Source: a bacterium
GTDB taxonomy: Bacteria; SM23-31
Assembly: GCA_965249485.1 (NCBI GenBank)
Contig: OZ252239.1
Span: 2,400,001 to 2,464,000, forward strand
Direction: 5' to 3'
DNA: 64,000 nucleotides
In this document: piece after piece, positions 52,338-63,140 of the stretch
Layout: the number at the start of each line of letters is the position of its first letter
How positions within the stretch are numbered: the stretch's first letter is position 1
Notes under the pieces: model-generated
What the model saw: only the letters and a program-made list of their open reading frames with translations
The model's database searches: none
What the model was told of the DNA's origin: nothing
Translations under genes and position numbers: made by a program

Positions 52338-52739
52338 TTACGCTGCCTTCGGCTTGTATATTAGAGCAACAACGATTCCTAAAATAATAGTATTAATAAA
52401 ATTGCCGATTGAAAAACTCCAGATTAGGCCTGCCGGATAGTCATAATATGCATAGAGGGTAAATAGTAGCGGAAGGTACATCAGTAAACCGATATAGACC
52501 CCAAAACGAATACCCTCAGTAATGCCTTTACCCTCATAACCTTTAATAAATAAGAAGCAGAACATAACGGCAAAAGTAAGCGAACCAATAATACCCATTA
52601 TCCACGAATCGATACCCATTGTGGTTTTCATGCCCGGAACACCTTCCCAGTTTATAACAAACCCATTCAAAATAAAAGAAAGTATGTAACTAACAATCCA
52701 AACAACACCAAATGCTACGATAAATCGACTTGTATTCAT
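52338..52739 (-). CDS. four-TM membrane protein (DUF1761-like)
   Basis: Four hydrophobic helices; GAGGAGG RBS. Confidence 0.65.
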   Translation of the reverse strand: MNTSRFIVAFGVVWIVSYILSFILNGFVINWEGVPGMKTTMGIDSWIMGIIGSLTFAVMFCFLFIKGYEGKGITEGIRFGVYIGLLMYLPLLFTLYAYYDYPAGLIWSFSIGNFINTIILGIVVALIYKPKAA

Positions 52740-52773
52740 GTCGCCTCCTCATTGTTTGTGGTTTGTATAATTA

Positions 52774-53070
52774 TTACCTGTATCTATAATTAGGATTTAT
52801 CTCCCAGCTGATTTCGTCTTCGGATATGGATGGAAATTGCGCTTCCCAAGCAGAGAATAGTTCATTCAAAGCGTTTTCTGGAGTATCTCCATAAACATTA
52901 TCACAATTATAAAGACTTGGTTGTGATTCCGCATTGGGAAGATGAGATTTTTCCACATACCATTTATTTCCATAATTCACGGTAAATAATCTTATTTCCT
53001 CATCATCATTAGTTCGGAAATAAAAACGAATACCTGACTCTTTTATAACTTCATATGATTTAAATTTCAT
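52774..53070 (-). CDS. hypothetical protein
   Basis: 98-aa ORF co-oriented with its neighbours. Confidence 0.5.
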   Translation of the reverse strand: MKFKSYEVIKESGIRFYFRTNDDEEIRLFTVNYGNKWYVEKSHLPNAESQPSLYNCDNVYGDTPENALNELFSAWEAQFPSISEDEISWEINPNYRYR

Positions 53071-53160
53071 TCCATCGTAACTACATCAAATAAAATACAT
53101 ATAATGACAATATGGTAACATTTTGAGTAATTTTACAGTTTATATATAAGGTTAACCTTT

Positions 53161-54169
53161 TTATGATTCATTAATATATTCTTTATAATCAATTTTTTCA
53201 ACAACACTGAAACCATGAGTCTTTTTAAACTCCATTCTGCAAACAAAATTCTTCATACAATCAGATGGATCGATGTTTTCAAAATTAAGCTTTTCAAGAT
53301 TTTCTTTACTGGATTAGTACACATATAATAGGAACATCTTCTTTATATCCTGTCTGAGTGTTGACTAAATTTCCATATGCCAAAACTAAAACTGTCTTAA
53401 GAGGTAAAATCGCAAAAGATTCTCGGGCAATTCTTAAGACTGAACTACAAATATGATCTTGATATATTTCATTAAATTTACTTTTGGGCATTGCTTTTAC
53501 TGAAAGCTTTCCGTTTTTTAATAATGATTTAACTTCACTAGGAATTATTGCATCGGAATTTACATTGATATCAACGACAATTATAGTTTTATAAGGAAAG
53601 GAAAAGCTTAGAGAAGTGCCTATTTCGCTAATCTCAGATAAGGGATCAAGCTGTTCAAATGCTTCTTTATATGCAACTAAATCTCCATCTAAAACTCTTT
53701 TTGCTAATGAGACGTTATCCTGCCATTCTTTTTTATCCTTCTCATATTTAGTGATTGCTTCACTATATTCAATTTCATCTTGTTTTTTTGCATTTTCAAT
53801 TTTCGATTCCAAAGAATACCTTATTTTATCTACTCTTTTGAATAATTTCTGGAGTATCGTAGGCTTATAGGATTCAAAGTTATTTCTTGCTTCAGTCTCA
53901 TATTTTTCAGTTTTTAAAGGCTCTAATGGAGCTTTCAAATTCTTTATTTTATCCCAATCGAAACTATCCGAACAATCTTGATGCATAGATTGTAATATCG
54001 CTAATCTATTTTCATATAACCCAACTTCTAATTTTGCACGTTCAAGTTCTTGTAATTTATCATAATCTTTTTGTTGTCTTACTAGTTCTTTTTGCCGTCT
54101 TTTTGCTTCTCGATCAGCACGCCTCGCTGCTGCTTCCATAGATCTTAGAACGCTATTTAAAGTTGTCAT
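53161..54169 (-). pseudogene. coiled-coil hypothetical protein with a 1-nt frameshift near 53311
   Basis: Skipping one base gives ..VLI-SKENLEKLNFENIDPSDCMKNFVCRMEFKKTHGFSVVEKIDYKEYINES*. Confidence 0.6.
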
Positions 54170-54402
54170 ATCAACTCCATTGGATTAAAAATCTTTATAA
54201 AACTATTGAGGATATTTCAGGATGAATAAGAACAACATGTGATATCTATATGATATTCAGTATAAATAACCAGTTGTGCTGATTAAGCGAGAGCATGTTT
54301 AATATGCATAGGTTTTATTTTTGTCAATTTTTGCAATTTTTTGTAAATATTGCATGTCTTGAAAACATTATCATACAATACTAACTTTTTGAGTACAGCT
54401 AT

Positions 54403-54813
54403 CTATAACATTCGATCTAAGAAAAATAAGAAAACTACTAAAAGCATTGAAAACGCAAAAAGACCTTTTAATATACCTTTTACAGGTATTCCTCCGTTAT
54501 ATACCTTTTCGCCATCTATCGAGACTGTGCATGGTAGCCATGTGGAAAATATTCCTCCTTCTTCATATTCAATTTGGTGATTGTTATTCAGTGAATCAAC
54601 AAATTCGCCTACAGCTCTTGACCATAAATTAAATCCACCAGTTTCAAGTGTTAAAATACCGTTAACATACAATTTTGTTTGTGTGGTTTGTGTGGCAAGA
54701 TAAAAAAATTTCGCGGAAGTTTTTGACTCTAGAATAATTATTGTGTCATTCCATTTAAATCCTGCTTGCTTTCCTTTTGAAATAAGCTTATCTAAATATA
54801 CATTAGAATCCAT
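54403..54813 (-). CDS. hypothetical protein with a C-terminal TM helix
   Basis: 136-aa ORF. Confidence 0.55.
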   Translation of the reverse strand: MDSNVYLDKLISKGKQAGFKWNDTIIILESKTSAKFFYLATQTTQTKLYVNGILTLETGGFNLWSRAVGEFVDSLNNNHQIEYEEGGIFSTWLPCTVSIDGEKVYNGGIPVKGILKGLFAFSMLLVVFLFFLDRML

Positions 54814-55141
54814 TATTATAACCTTTTAGTATATCTATTATAAAATTTTAAAACATTATGGAGAAAGCTCACAATTTGTAAAGTTTCAAGAACAAGAGGG
54901 TCAATCAAACCTATTTAATTGTGTTTTTTCATATACCATTATTAATTCAATATAAGCTTCGAATTTATCACAATGAGTTTTTATTAATTCCTCGTGGTGG
55001 TCTCTCCTTTAACTCAATAACCCCAATTCTTATATAAGAATATTACCTAAATTAAAGTAAATTTATAATTAATAGCAATATAATTATTACTTCCTAAACT
55101 AAACCATTACAAAAACTTTATTCACTCAATATAGGGCAGGA

Positions 55142-55333
55142 TTGCCAAGATTAACCATGAAAGATTTGAGACATACATTCGCAAGCAATTTTATGATGAA
55201 AGGAAGAAATATATTAAGCCTTCAAAAGATATTAGGTCATGAAGATTTGCAAACCACTCTTATTTATGCACACCTTAGTCCTGGCTATTTAGAAGGAGAA
55301 ATTGACAGGTTAAACTTTTCACTGACAGGTTAG
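55142..55333 (+). pseudogene. tyrosine recombinase/integrase C-terminal remnant
   Basis: DLRHTFAS...ILGH...TLIYAH catalytic boxes; N-terminal part absent. Confidence 0.88.
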
Positions 55334-55394
55334 AAATTCAATTTGTATTTGAAAATCAAATATGCTATTCTAAAGATTCTAAGGAGGAGTAAAA

Positions 55395-55748
55395 ATGGAA
55401 ACAAAAATATTAGTTATAATAGGATTGATACTTGATCTATTAGGAACATTTTTATTGGCATTAAATATTTGGAGGCAAACTCAAGAGAAAGCTGAAAAGA
55501 AAAGTGCGGAATATTTTGAAACAAATCCCTTCAAAAGATTATTTGGTAAAAAGTTAGAACATTTTAAGGATGATTCTATACTTGATATTCCAATTAATTT
55601 TCTAATTGATTTCATGTTTATGTTCTTTCTAATGCCATTCTATTGGAGCTTTAGAATGAAAAAGAAATATGAGGTAGAATCTGCACTTGCACTAAGTGGA
55701 TTGTGCTTTATTTTTATCGGTTTTTCTTTCAGTTACTTCATAATTTGA
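55395..55748 (+). CDS. small membrane hypothetical protein
   Basis: AGGAGG RBS; three hydrophobic segments. Confidence 0.6.
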   Translation: METKILVIIGLILDLLGTFLLALNIWRQTQEKAEKKSAEYFETNPFKRLFGKKLEHFKDDSILDIPINFLIDFMFMFFLMPFYWSFRMKKKYEVESALALSGLCFIFIGFSFSYFII

Positions 55749-55818
55749 TCTTTTAAATAAGTATATCAAATGTTTCTACATAATCTTTTACTGCACCTTT
55801 TATTGAATTGGATAGCAT

Positions 55819-56772
55819 CTATGATTTAATATTTTTCACAAGTACAAAAATAGAAGATACTGCAGTATTTGATTCGGCAAAGTCTAATTTATATTTCTCA
55901 TTAACTTCCTTAGCTAAGTGCACGTAATTTCGAAATTGCCTAACAGAATCGCCTAAATTGGAGATTCCATCTCTTAATAATTTATGTTCTTTGCAACATT
56001 CTATAAATCCATTGAAGTCATTTCTCTTGGGAGTAAGGTTTCTTGAAATTAAATATTGTCTTAATAATTCTTCAATAACACTTCCAGCTAAAACTACTGC
56101 AGGTTTCGCTAAACCATTTTTGGATAATGTGAATGCGTGGGCAACATCTCGGTAAATTAATTCTCTAATTTTACTATCTTTTATAAAGCCAATTCTTTTC
56201 GCAAATATCGGTTTTTTAATACCATATTCTTTATAAATATCTTTCCAGATTTCATTGATATCTTGAATCTTATAATTTGATTCCTTATAATTATCACTTT
56301 TTACTTGATCATGGATTTTATTATTATGTTTTTCAATCATCAATTTTACTTTTGTTTTGCTGAGATCCATAATTCTTTTGACTTTTGATTCAAAGCCATT
56401 CAGAATTGATTCCGATACAACTCCTTCGAACCCTGAACTAATCAACCTACTCTTTAGCGAAGTTGATTTTCTGTACAAATCAGTGCTAATAAAACTGAAA
56501 ATTTCAGCGTTAATATTATCTGCCATTCGGTTATCAATTTCTTTATTACCGATCGACTCGAATATTGATTCGATATATGCTTCTGCGAGTTCTCTAATTT
56601 GATCTTTTAATTTTTCTGCGACTGCTTCGAATGCTGGACCTGAGTTGAGCATTCCTCTATCATTAGCATCTGCATAAATTCTTTCAATTTCTTTCTGATG
56701 CCTTTCTAAAAGGTCGAAGCTTTTTAATTTGTAGAGTTCTCTAATATTATTTTTGTCTAAGTTGTATCTCAT
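55819..56772 (-). CDS. hypothetical protein with a C-terminal HEPN-like domain
   Basis: AVVLAGSVIEELL...RQFRNYVH (upstream Glu plus Rx3-6H motif). Confidence 0.55.
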   Translation of the reverse strand: MRYNLDKNNIRELYKLKSFDLLERHQKEIERIYADANDRGMLNSGPAFEAVAEKLKDQIRELAEAYIESIFESIGNKEIDNRMADNINAEIFSFISTDLYRKSTSLKSRLISSGFEGVVSESILNGFESKVKRIMDLSKTKVKLMIEKHNNKIHDQVKSDNYKESNYKIQDINEIWKDIYKEYGIKKPIFAKRIGFIKDSKIRELIYRDVAHAFTLSKNGLAKPAVVLAGSVIEELLRQYLISRNLTPKRNDFNGFIECCKEHKLLRDGISNLGDSVRQFRNYVHLAKEVNEKYKLDFAESNTAVSSIFVLVKNIKS

Positions 56773-56886
56773 GTTTTACTATTCGATTTGTTGGATTTAG
56801 GTAATTTTTTTTCGCCCATTTTTCTTTCTAAAATTAGTAGTATGGTTTTTATTTGTGGGTTAGTAATTTTATTGTTTATTAGTTTT

Positions 56887-56931
56887 GGTTATTTAGAAGG
56901 AGAAATTGACAGATTAGATTTTTCAAGATGA
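56887..56931 (+). repeat. second copy of the integrase 3' tail
   Basis: GYLEGEIDRLDFSR*; 23 nt identical to 55286-55308. Confidence 0.8.
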
Positions 56932-56990
56932 GAGTAGTGAGTACTCACAACTCTTTATATGATGATATTATTGTTATAGAAACCCCATAT

Positions 56991-57878
56991 TTACTTTAAC
57001 TCAATATTTATCAACCCTTTTTCTATGGCTAAATTAAAAAGATAATTATTCTTTTCAGCATCTGTATTCAGATTATTCCAGTGATTATACTCCTTCTCGG
57101 ATAAACTTACTTCTTTTTTTATTTTCTCTCCTGTTTCTTTATTATTTAATTCCATTTCCAAAGTGTATTTTTCGGGTTTTCGTATTGTGAAAGCCACTTT
57201 ACTATTCGTAAGATCAATGGGCTCTAACTCATCAGTATCATAGTTATATTCAACTAACCTAAAATTCTTATTAAATCTTATACCCTGAATCATTTCTAAG
57301 TCTAATTGATTTGAATCTGTTCTCGGGGGTGGGAATTCCTTTTCTTCAGTGCTAAACTGATTCGATTTGGTCAATATTCCGAGTGTGTGTAACTCTTTGA
57401 ACCAATAATTTGTTACATTAGTGAGAATTTCCAACACATCTCTAACTGAACCATCATTTAATTTGACATGCACATGCTTTTTACAAGTGAAATATTCTCC
57501 ATCAGCATCTTTGCACTTTATTATATCAGTTTGTTCATATATACTATCAACTGATAATATTTGCGGATTACCTCTTGTAATATTTTTGTGTTTACTTACG
57601 TTCGCAATATCACCAGCTAAATCATAGTCGGGACACTTTGATGCTACTTCATCTCTTGTTTTGGTGTAGTTTGTGGGTAAGTGTTCTCTAAAGTGATATA
57701 AAGTTTGTGCGGAGTTTATAGCCGCCAATTTATCTTTATCCATTCCTGCAACATTTTCATCAAATCTTTGAAGAAAGGTTTGGAATTGAGCTATGACATG
57801 TTCATTAAAATAGGCTATAAGCTCGTCATGCATTTTTTGGTTCCTAACATAAATATTGAGTCTAATGATATGTAACAA
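56991..57878 (-). CDS. hypothetical protein, possible HEPN-like N-terminal domain
   Basis: LYHFREH...DIANVSKH; likely start is the MHDE methionine. Confidence 0.45.
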   Translation of the reverse strand: MLHIIRLNIYVRNQKMHDELIAYFNEHVIAQFQTFLQRFDENVAGMDKDKLAAINSAQTLYHFREHLPTNYTKTRDEVASKCPDYDLAGDIANVSKHKNITRGNPQILSVDSIYEQTDIIKCKDADGEYFTCKKHVHVKLNDGSVRDVLEILTNVTNYWFKELHTLGILTKSNQFSTEEKEFPPPRTDSNQLDLEMIQGIRFNKNFRLVEYNYDTDELEPIDLTNSKVAFTIRKPEKYTLEMELNNKETGEKIKKEVSLSEKEYNHWNNLNTDAEKNNYLFNLAIEKGLINIELK

Positions 57879-58255
57879 GATATTAATTAAGAAGCAATTC
57901 CTTTTAATAACAAAGGTATTTATTTCAGCGATAATAACTTTTTGTTACTTTATTTTTTTACTTTAATTCAAATGGACTCCTTTATATTGATGCTAATATC
58001 TAATTAAAATGTGATCTTAATAGTGAAGCAAATGCACTTAAATATCCTATTAATTTTAAACCTAATCAGATTAACGAATGAATACTTGGTAAAGCAGATT
58101 GTTTAGTTGATCAATATCGCTCTATTATCGATATTTATCAGAAATAATCAAAAGGGCTGGTGTTTTCAACAACAGAAGTTAAGTCTTAAATTTTCTGTAT
58201 TATTGCTGGATTCAGACCTCAATGAATAGTAAATGATTCAACAGGAATTTTTATT

Positions 58256-59209
58256 ATGGATATTATATATCATTATCCACCTGAACTTATGAAATTATTG
58301 ATTGATACTATTCCTCTCTTAAATCCAAGTAAAAATGATGTTTTTCTTTTTTTTAAAGGTGCAGGCTTATCTGATAGATTAATAACTGTTCCATACAAAA
58401 AATGGCAAGCTGATAAAGATAGTATAAGTAAATACGAAATAGTCCGCAATATTCTTGAATTACTAAATAGAAAAGGAGAGGGATGCCTTAGAGAAAGACG
58501 AGAAATTTTAAAACGAGTTGTTGAATATGATAATTTTTCGGGATGTTGGCCAGCTGATAGATTAAAAGCAAAAGGACTTGTTTCAGAGGTTCAAAAATTA
58601 ATAAATGTAAAAGATAGTTTTACACGGATGAAACAAGAGCGAGAAAGAGAAAGACTTAAACATATTGAAAAAGAAAAAGCTGAACAAGAGCATTTTAGAA
58701 AGCGACAAAGTAATATAGAAAGTGCGAAGAAAGAATTATATAATCTTTTTTCAATTACTGTTCCTCATAAACGAGGAAGACTGTTAGAAAAAGTACTTAA
58801 TAACTTATTTAACACATTTGAGATATCTATAAAAGAATCATTCACTCTAAAAGGGGAAGAAGAGGAAGGGGTTGTTGAACAAATTGACGGAGCAATAGAG
58901 TTTGGGGGACATATCTACTTTATTGAAGTTAAATGGTGGAATAAACCTTTAGGGGTTAGTGAAATTTCACAACATCTTGTTCGAATATTCAATCGTGCTG
59001 AAGCAAGGGCAATCATCATATCAGCTTCTGATTTTACTGTGCCTGCAGTAAAAACATGTAAAGATGCTCTCCAACAAAAAGTTGTAATTCTATGTACACT
59101 CCAAGAAATTGTTACATTACTTGAAAAGAAAAGGGAATTGGAAGAATTTCTATTGGAGAAAGTTCAAAGAGCGATCATTGATAAAAATCCATTTATTCAG
59201 ATTATTTAA
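58256..59209 (+). CDS. Mrr-like PD-(D/E)xK restriction endonuclease
   Basis: RGRLLE...EQIDG...IEVKW; coiled-coil linker. Confidence 0.75.
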   Translation: MDIIYHYPPELMKLLIDTIPLLNPSKNDVFLFFKGAGLSDRLITVPYKKWQADKDSISKYEIVRNILELLNRKGEGCLRERREILKRVVEYDNFSGCWPADRLKAKGLVSEVQKLINVKDSFTRMKQERERERLKHIEKEKAEQEHFRKRQSNIESAKKELYNLFSITVPHKRGRLLEKVLNNLFNTFEISIKESFTLKGEEEEGVVEQIDGAIEFGGHIYFIEVKWWNKPLGVSEISQHLVRIFNRAEARAIIISASDFTVPAVKTCKDALQQKVVILCTLQEIVTLLEKKRELEEFLLEKVQRAIIDKNPFIQII

Positions 59210-59220
59210 ATAGGTGCACA

Positions 59221-59394
59221 ATGGCTGATAAATTATTTTCAAAAAGATAAAGATATGGATTTCGAGTTTCTGGAGGCGACATTCTAATCAGATTTGATGC
59301 ACCAGAGAACTTCAGAAATGCGGTAACTCAGATCGCTAAACAACTTGGATTTAAATATTCAGAACTTAGAGAATTAATCTGTTCAGGTAAATAA
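59221..59394 (+). pseudogene. truncated relic resembling an AbiJ-type N-terminal domain
   Basis: MADKLFSKR*RYGF...IRFDAPENFRNAV...LRELIC; the stop arises from a 6-nt duplication (AAGATA). Confidence 0.45.
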
Positions 59395-59568
59395 TATTTA
59401 AGAAAATATCTCTCTAATTACATAATAAATATGTTAAATATTCTTACTTTATTCCACTACTTTCTATATTTTTCGGAACATATTCGGCACATCCAACAAA
59501 AAATCACTTATTATTAAAATAAAAAAGCCCTTTAAATAAAAGGGCTAAATAGTTGTTATTAATATATG

Positions 59569-59623
59569 TGCCGAAGGGGGGACTCGAACCCCCACACCCT
59601 TGCGAGTACACGGCCCTGAACCG
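59569..59623 (-). mobile_element. 3' fragment of tRNA-Leu(CAG), a probable att site
   Basis: CGG-TTCAGGG-CCG anticodon arm, long variable arm, GGGGG-TTCGAGT-CCCCC T-arm and CTTCGGCA; D-arm and 5' acceptor strand are absent. Confidence 0.85.
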
Positions 59624-60265
59624 GAAATACTATTCATCTATAACTTCAATAAAAACAAGATATCTTATTTGTACACAATTTAATACAACTTTTCACTAAT
59701 GTCCACAAATTGTCACTATATACCACTGTTTTCCATCAAAATCGGAACACTTTCGGAACACTTTCTATGAAAGAGATTAATACATGCCTAAATTTATCCG
59801 GGTAGGACTCGAACCTATTCTCTCAATTCTGTAAATTATAATAAAAACAAAGATTTACTATTTCAATAATTCTAATTTGTGCCTAATTTGTGCCTAAAAT
59901 TTTTAAGAAACTCAGGATACAAGAGATTATTGGAGGCTATTAGAGGATAAATAAAGAAAGTACAAGGTAAAATTGCACAGTCTCACCAGTCAATGTAAAA
60001 TACAAAATATTCTCAAAATATTTGGCTTAATAATAGCACATATTGTTTATCTGTAGGCATCTGACTGCAAATCGACAGAACATATCGGACTCAATAATTC
60101 TAATATTGATAATTATAGGATATTTCTTGTGAAAATGATAATAAGGACTATTTAATCCGTATTTTAGTGTTCTAATATGAATAAAACCTTGACAAAGAGA
60201 AAATGCTATTGTAATTCATAGACTATTATAACAAACAGAACAAGTATAACAATAAAGAGTAATAT

Positions 60266-60823
60266 ATGCAGCGGAACGTATTTTCAACATACCAGGCAGC
60301 GGAAATTTGTAATACAAGCTTCATGTCTGTCAATAGATGGATCAACACAGGAAAACTGAAATCCTATAGAACGCCAGGAGGTCATCATAGAATAGTTAAA
60401 GATGATCTTATTGATTTCATGAAAGAAAACAGTATCCCCATCCTTGACGAGATTATTCAGAAACGATACAAAGTGATTATCGTTGATGATGATCCGAATG
60501 CGTGTGACCTCCTGGCGCAAGGGCTGCGCTTTTCGCAGTATAACATTGACGTGACGACAGCTCATAATGGTTTCGAAGCGGGAGCACTTATATCGCAGAT
60601 TGTTTCAGATGTCGTACTGCTTGACCTGATGATGCCCGGGATAGACGGTTTCAAGGTATGTAATTATATCAAGACCAATCCACAAATCAAAAACTGTAAA
60701 GTGGTGATAATTACCGGTCATGGAAATGATGATAATGTTGAAAAAGCTATGGCAGTTGGTGCTGACAGAGCTCTTTTAAAGCCGGTTAACATTGAAAAAA
60801 TATTGGAGGAAATAGTAGTGTGA
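60266..60823 (+). CDS. response regulator with an N-terminal excisionase/MerR-like HTH
   Basis: STYQAAEIC...WINTGKLKSYRTPGGHHRI followed by a REC domain (VDDD, LDLMMP, KP). Confidence 0.85.
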   Translation: MQRNVFSTYQAAEICNTSFMSVNRWINTGKLKSYRTPGGHHRIVKDDLIDFMKENSIPILDEIIQKRYKVIIVDDDPNACDLLAQGLRFSQYNIDVTTAHNGFEAGALISQIVSDVVLLDLMMPGIDGFKVCNYIKTNPQIKNCKVVIITGHGNDDNVEKAMAVGADRALLKPVNIEKILEEIVV

Positions 60824-61131
60824 TTTTTGTATGAAAATGTGATTTAAGATTGAAATATATGAATATGTCCCTGCACAAACCTCAGAATTATATAAAGTTA
60901 TGAATAGTTCATTCTTTTAATTCATCTATTCTAATTTGAACTAAAAATATATCAGGTATTCTAGAGTTAGAAGTTCAAAATAGTCCTTTTAAACTACCTA
61001 CTATGTTTATTATATCACATACTGTAATATTCTATCTATGAATCGCTCCAATAGATCTCGTATTCTATTAATCTAAGTAACAAAAATCCTGATATTTTTT
61101 AGCTAATTATTAAAGTTTTTGAACAAATTGC

Positions 61132-61189
61132 TTGACAATGAAGTAAAATGCTATTATAAGTAGAGTACTTTATAAATTAGAGTACTTTA
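61132..61189 (+). promoter_or_regulatory. promoter plus operator-like direct repeat
   Basis: TTGACA-17 nt-TATAAG, then TAGAGTACTTTA twice (61161 and 61178). Confidence 0.6.
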
Positions 61190-61200
61190 GAGGAGGGAAT

Positions 61201-61776
61201 ATGGATTTAAAGCAAAAGTTCAGCGAAGACATTTCATTTGTAAAAGAATTGGTTGAAAGACGTAAAAACATTCAATACAGTTCTATTGCATTAACCTATC
61301 TCTGGGCAGTAATTATAGGCTTTGGATATTCATTAAATGATTTTACTGAAGAATTTGCAATATGGTATTGGAATATAATGCCTCTTACAGGTTTTTTAAT
61401 TAGTATTTGGATTGGTATTCATACAGATAAGTTATTTGGAATGCTAGATCGTTCGACCGTATTTAAACATATAATGCACTGGGGAAGTATGTTTGCCTTG
61501 ATAATTAGTATATTATCATTTTTCGGTATTGAGGAATCTACAAGAAACGAACGTTTACAAACTATAACATTAGTATGTGGTACAATGTGCTTTTTAGCAG
61601 GAATTCATATGGATAGACGTTATATATGGCCTGGTGTTGTACTTGCATTTGGTGCAATTGTTTCAACTTATTTAGGGCCATATCCCTGGACTGTAGTCGG
61701 GATAATATTTGCAATTAGCCTTTTTTTGAGTGCTCATAAAATGAAACAGAAATATGATGAGAATGAAACAGCATAA
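61201..61776 (+). CDS. six-TM membrane protein
   Basis: Hydrophobic helices; GAGGAGG RBS. Confidence 0.7.
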   Translation: MDLKQKFSEDISFVKELVERRKNIQYSSIALTYLWAVIIGFGYSLNDFTEEFAIWYWNIMPLTGFLISIWIGIHTDKLFGMLDRSTVFKHIMHWGSMFALIISILSFFGIEESTRNERLQTITLVCGTMCFLAGIHMDRRYIWPGVVLAFGAIVSTYLGPYPWTVVGIIFAISLFLSAHKMKQKYDENETA

Positions 61777-62086
61777 TATTAAGGCTACTGAAGAGTTAAG
61801 TAAATTAAACAAACTACTTGAACATCGAAGTCGACTTGGAGTATGTGTTCTTTTAGCTGAAATAGATGCGATGTCATTTACTGCGATCAAAAATTTATTA
61901 AAAGAAACTGATGGTAACATGGGAGCTCAACTCCGCAAACTCGAAATAGTTAAATACATTAGCGTTTCAAAACGGTTTGAAAACCGTAAACCAAAATCAT
62001 GGTATAGTATAACAAAAAAAGGAAAACGCGCATTGAAAGTCCATTTAAATGCCTTAAAAATGATAGTTGAGATGACTATTGAGTAA
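61754..62086 (+). CDS. winged-helix transcriptional regulator (HTH_34-like)
   Basis: HRSRLGV...TDGNMGAQLRKLE...YSITKKG. Confidence 0.85.
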   Translation: MMRMKQHNIKATEELSKLNKLLEHRSRLGVCVLLAEIDAMSFTAIKNLLKETDGNMGAQLRKLEIVKYISVSKRFENRKPKSWYSITKKGKRALKVHLNALKMIVEMTIE

Positions 62087-62201
62087 AAGGTAGCATGAAT
62101 TATACAAAGCTATTAAAAATAAGTGTAAAATTCTAATTTGAGGATTTAACTATGTCTGCAAATATTTGTAAATACAAATTTCAGTCTGTTGGGGATAAAA
62201 G

Positions 62202-62903
62202 ATGATTTTGTTAATAAATGAAAATAACAAAGAGAATTTTGCCCTGCAAAAAGCTTTACTCTCTCATTTTCCTACTCTCACTACTTCAATTGAATGCTTT
62301 GAAATTGACTATGTGACAAGTGCTAATCCACAAGCAATAGTCCTTGTTTATCAAATCCTTAACAAAAGTGTTAAGAATATTTTACAAGCAATTTCATCAA
62401 AATATTCTGAAATTCCAATCTTTTGTCCTGTCTCCAATTCCTACCTTTTCCCCCGAGGATATCCAAATATTGTATTTGTTCCACAACATAATAATAAGAT
62501 TTTAATTAAAAGAATTAAAGAATTCGTTTTAAATGAGCCTAATTGGAATCAGCTTATAGAAGAGATACAGATTTATATTAATAGCAATCTTAAAGACATC
62601 TTTTGTACTAAACAAGTGATTGATCGATTTAATGTTAATCAGAGAATACTACAGGCTGAGTTCAAACTTAAAACAGGGTACAGTATTAAATCATATATAA
62701 TGAAAGTGCGAGTTGAATTGATTAGAAATAAGTTATGCAAGGCACATACTTTAGGAAATTATTATGGTGTAGCACGAGATTGTGGTTTAACTGATGATCG
62801 ATCCCTATACATTCTTTTAAAAAGAAAGTTTAACAAAACAACCGTGGAATTCCATAAAGAATTGTTAAATTTTGAATTTAGTAATGAAAGATCAATCGAT
62901 TAG
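62202..62903 (+). CDS. divergent AraC-type regulator with a degenerate receiver-like N-terminus
   Basis: FKLKTGYSIKSYI...VARDCG...F..T..EF. Confidence 0.55.
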   Translation: MILLINENNKENFALQKALLSHFPTLTTSIECFEIDYVTSANPQAIVLVYQILNKSVKNILQAISSKYSEIPIFCPVSNSYLFPRGYPNIVFVPQHNNKILIKRIKEFVLNEPNWNQLIEEIQIYINSNLKDIFCTKQVIDRFNVNQRILQAEFKLKTGYSIKSYIMKVRVELIRNKLCKAHTLGNYYGVARDCGLTDDRSLYILLKRKFNKTTVEFHKELLNFEFSNERSID

Positions 62904-63140
62904 CCGTAATATGATAATGTGTTTTTTGTAGACGAAATAGTTGACCGATCTTTCGACTTAATCTTAGACATATAAGAAGATGTGAATTTCTTGATTATAA
63001 ATTTGTGATACGTATCTTTTAAAAAAGTCACTCGTTTAATCGAATTTTTTTTAAAAAATCATTTGTAAAAAGAGTATAAAATTGAAAAATAAATTAACGG
63101 AATATTGCCAATAAAATTTACAAATATTTTCTAGGTAAAC

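Noticed and set aside
58040..58130. Possible MazF/PemK relic (KADCLVDQYRSI)
   Set aside because: Too short and interrupted by stops to support
59569..59650. Functional tRNA-Leu
   Set aside because: D-arm and 5' acceptor strand are absent
96..61920. Many short overlapping or antisense ORFs in the track
   Set aside because: Shadow frames of well-supported genes with no motifs of their own
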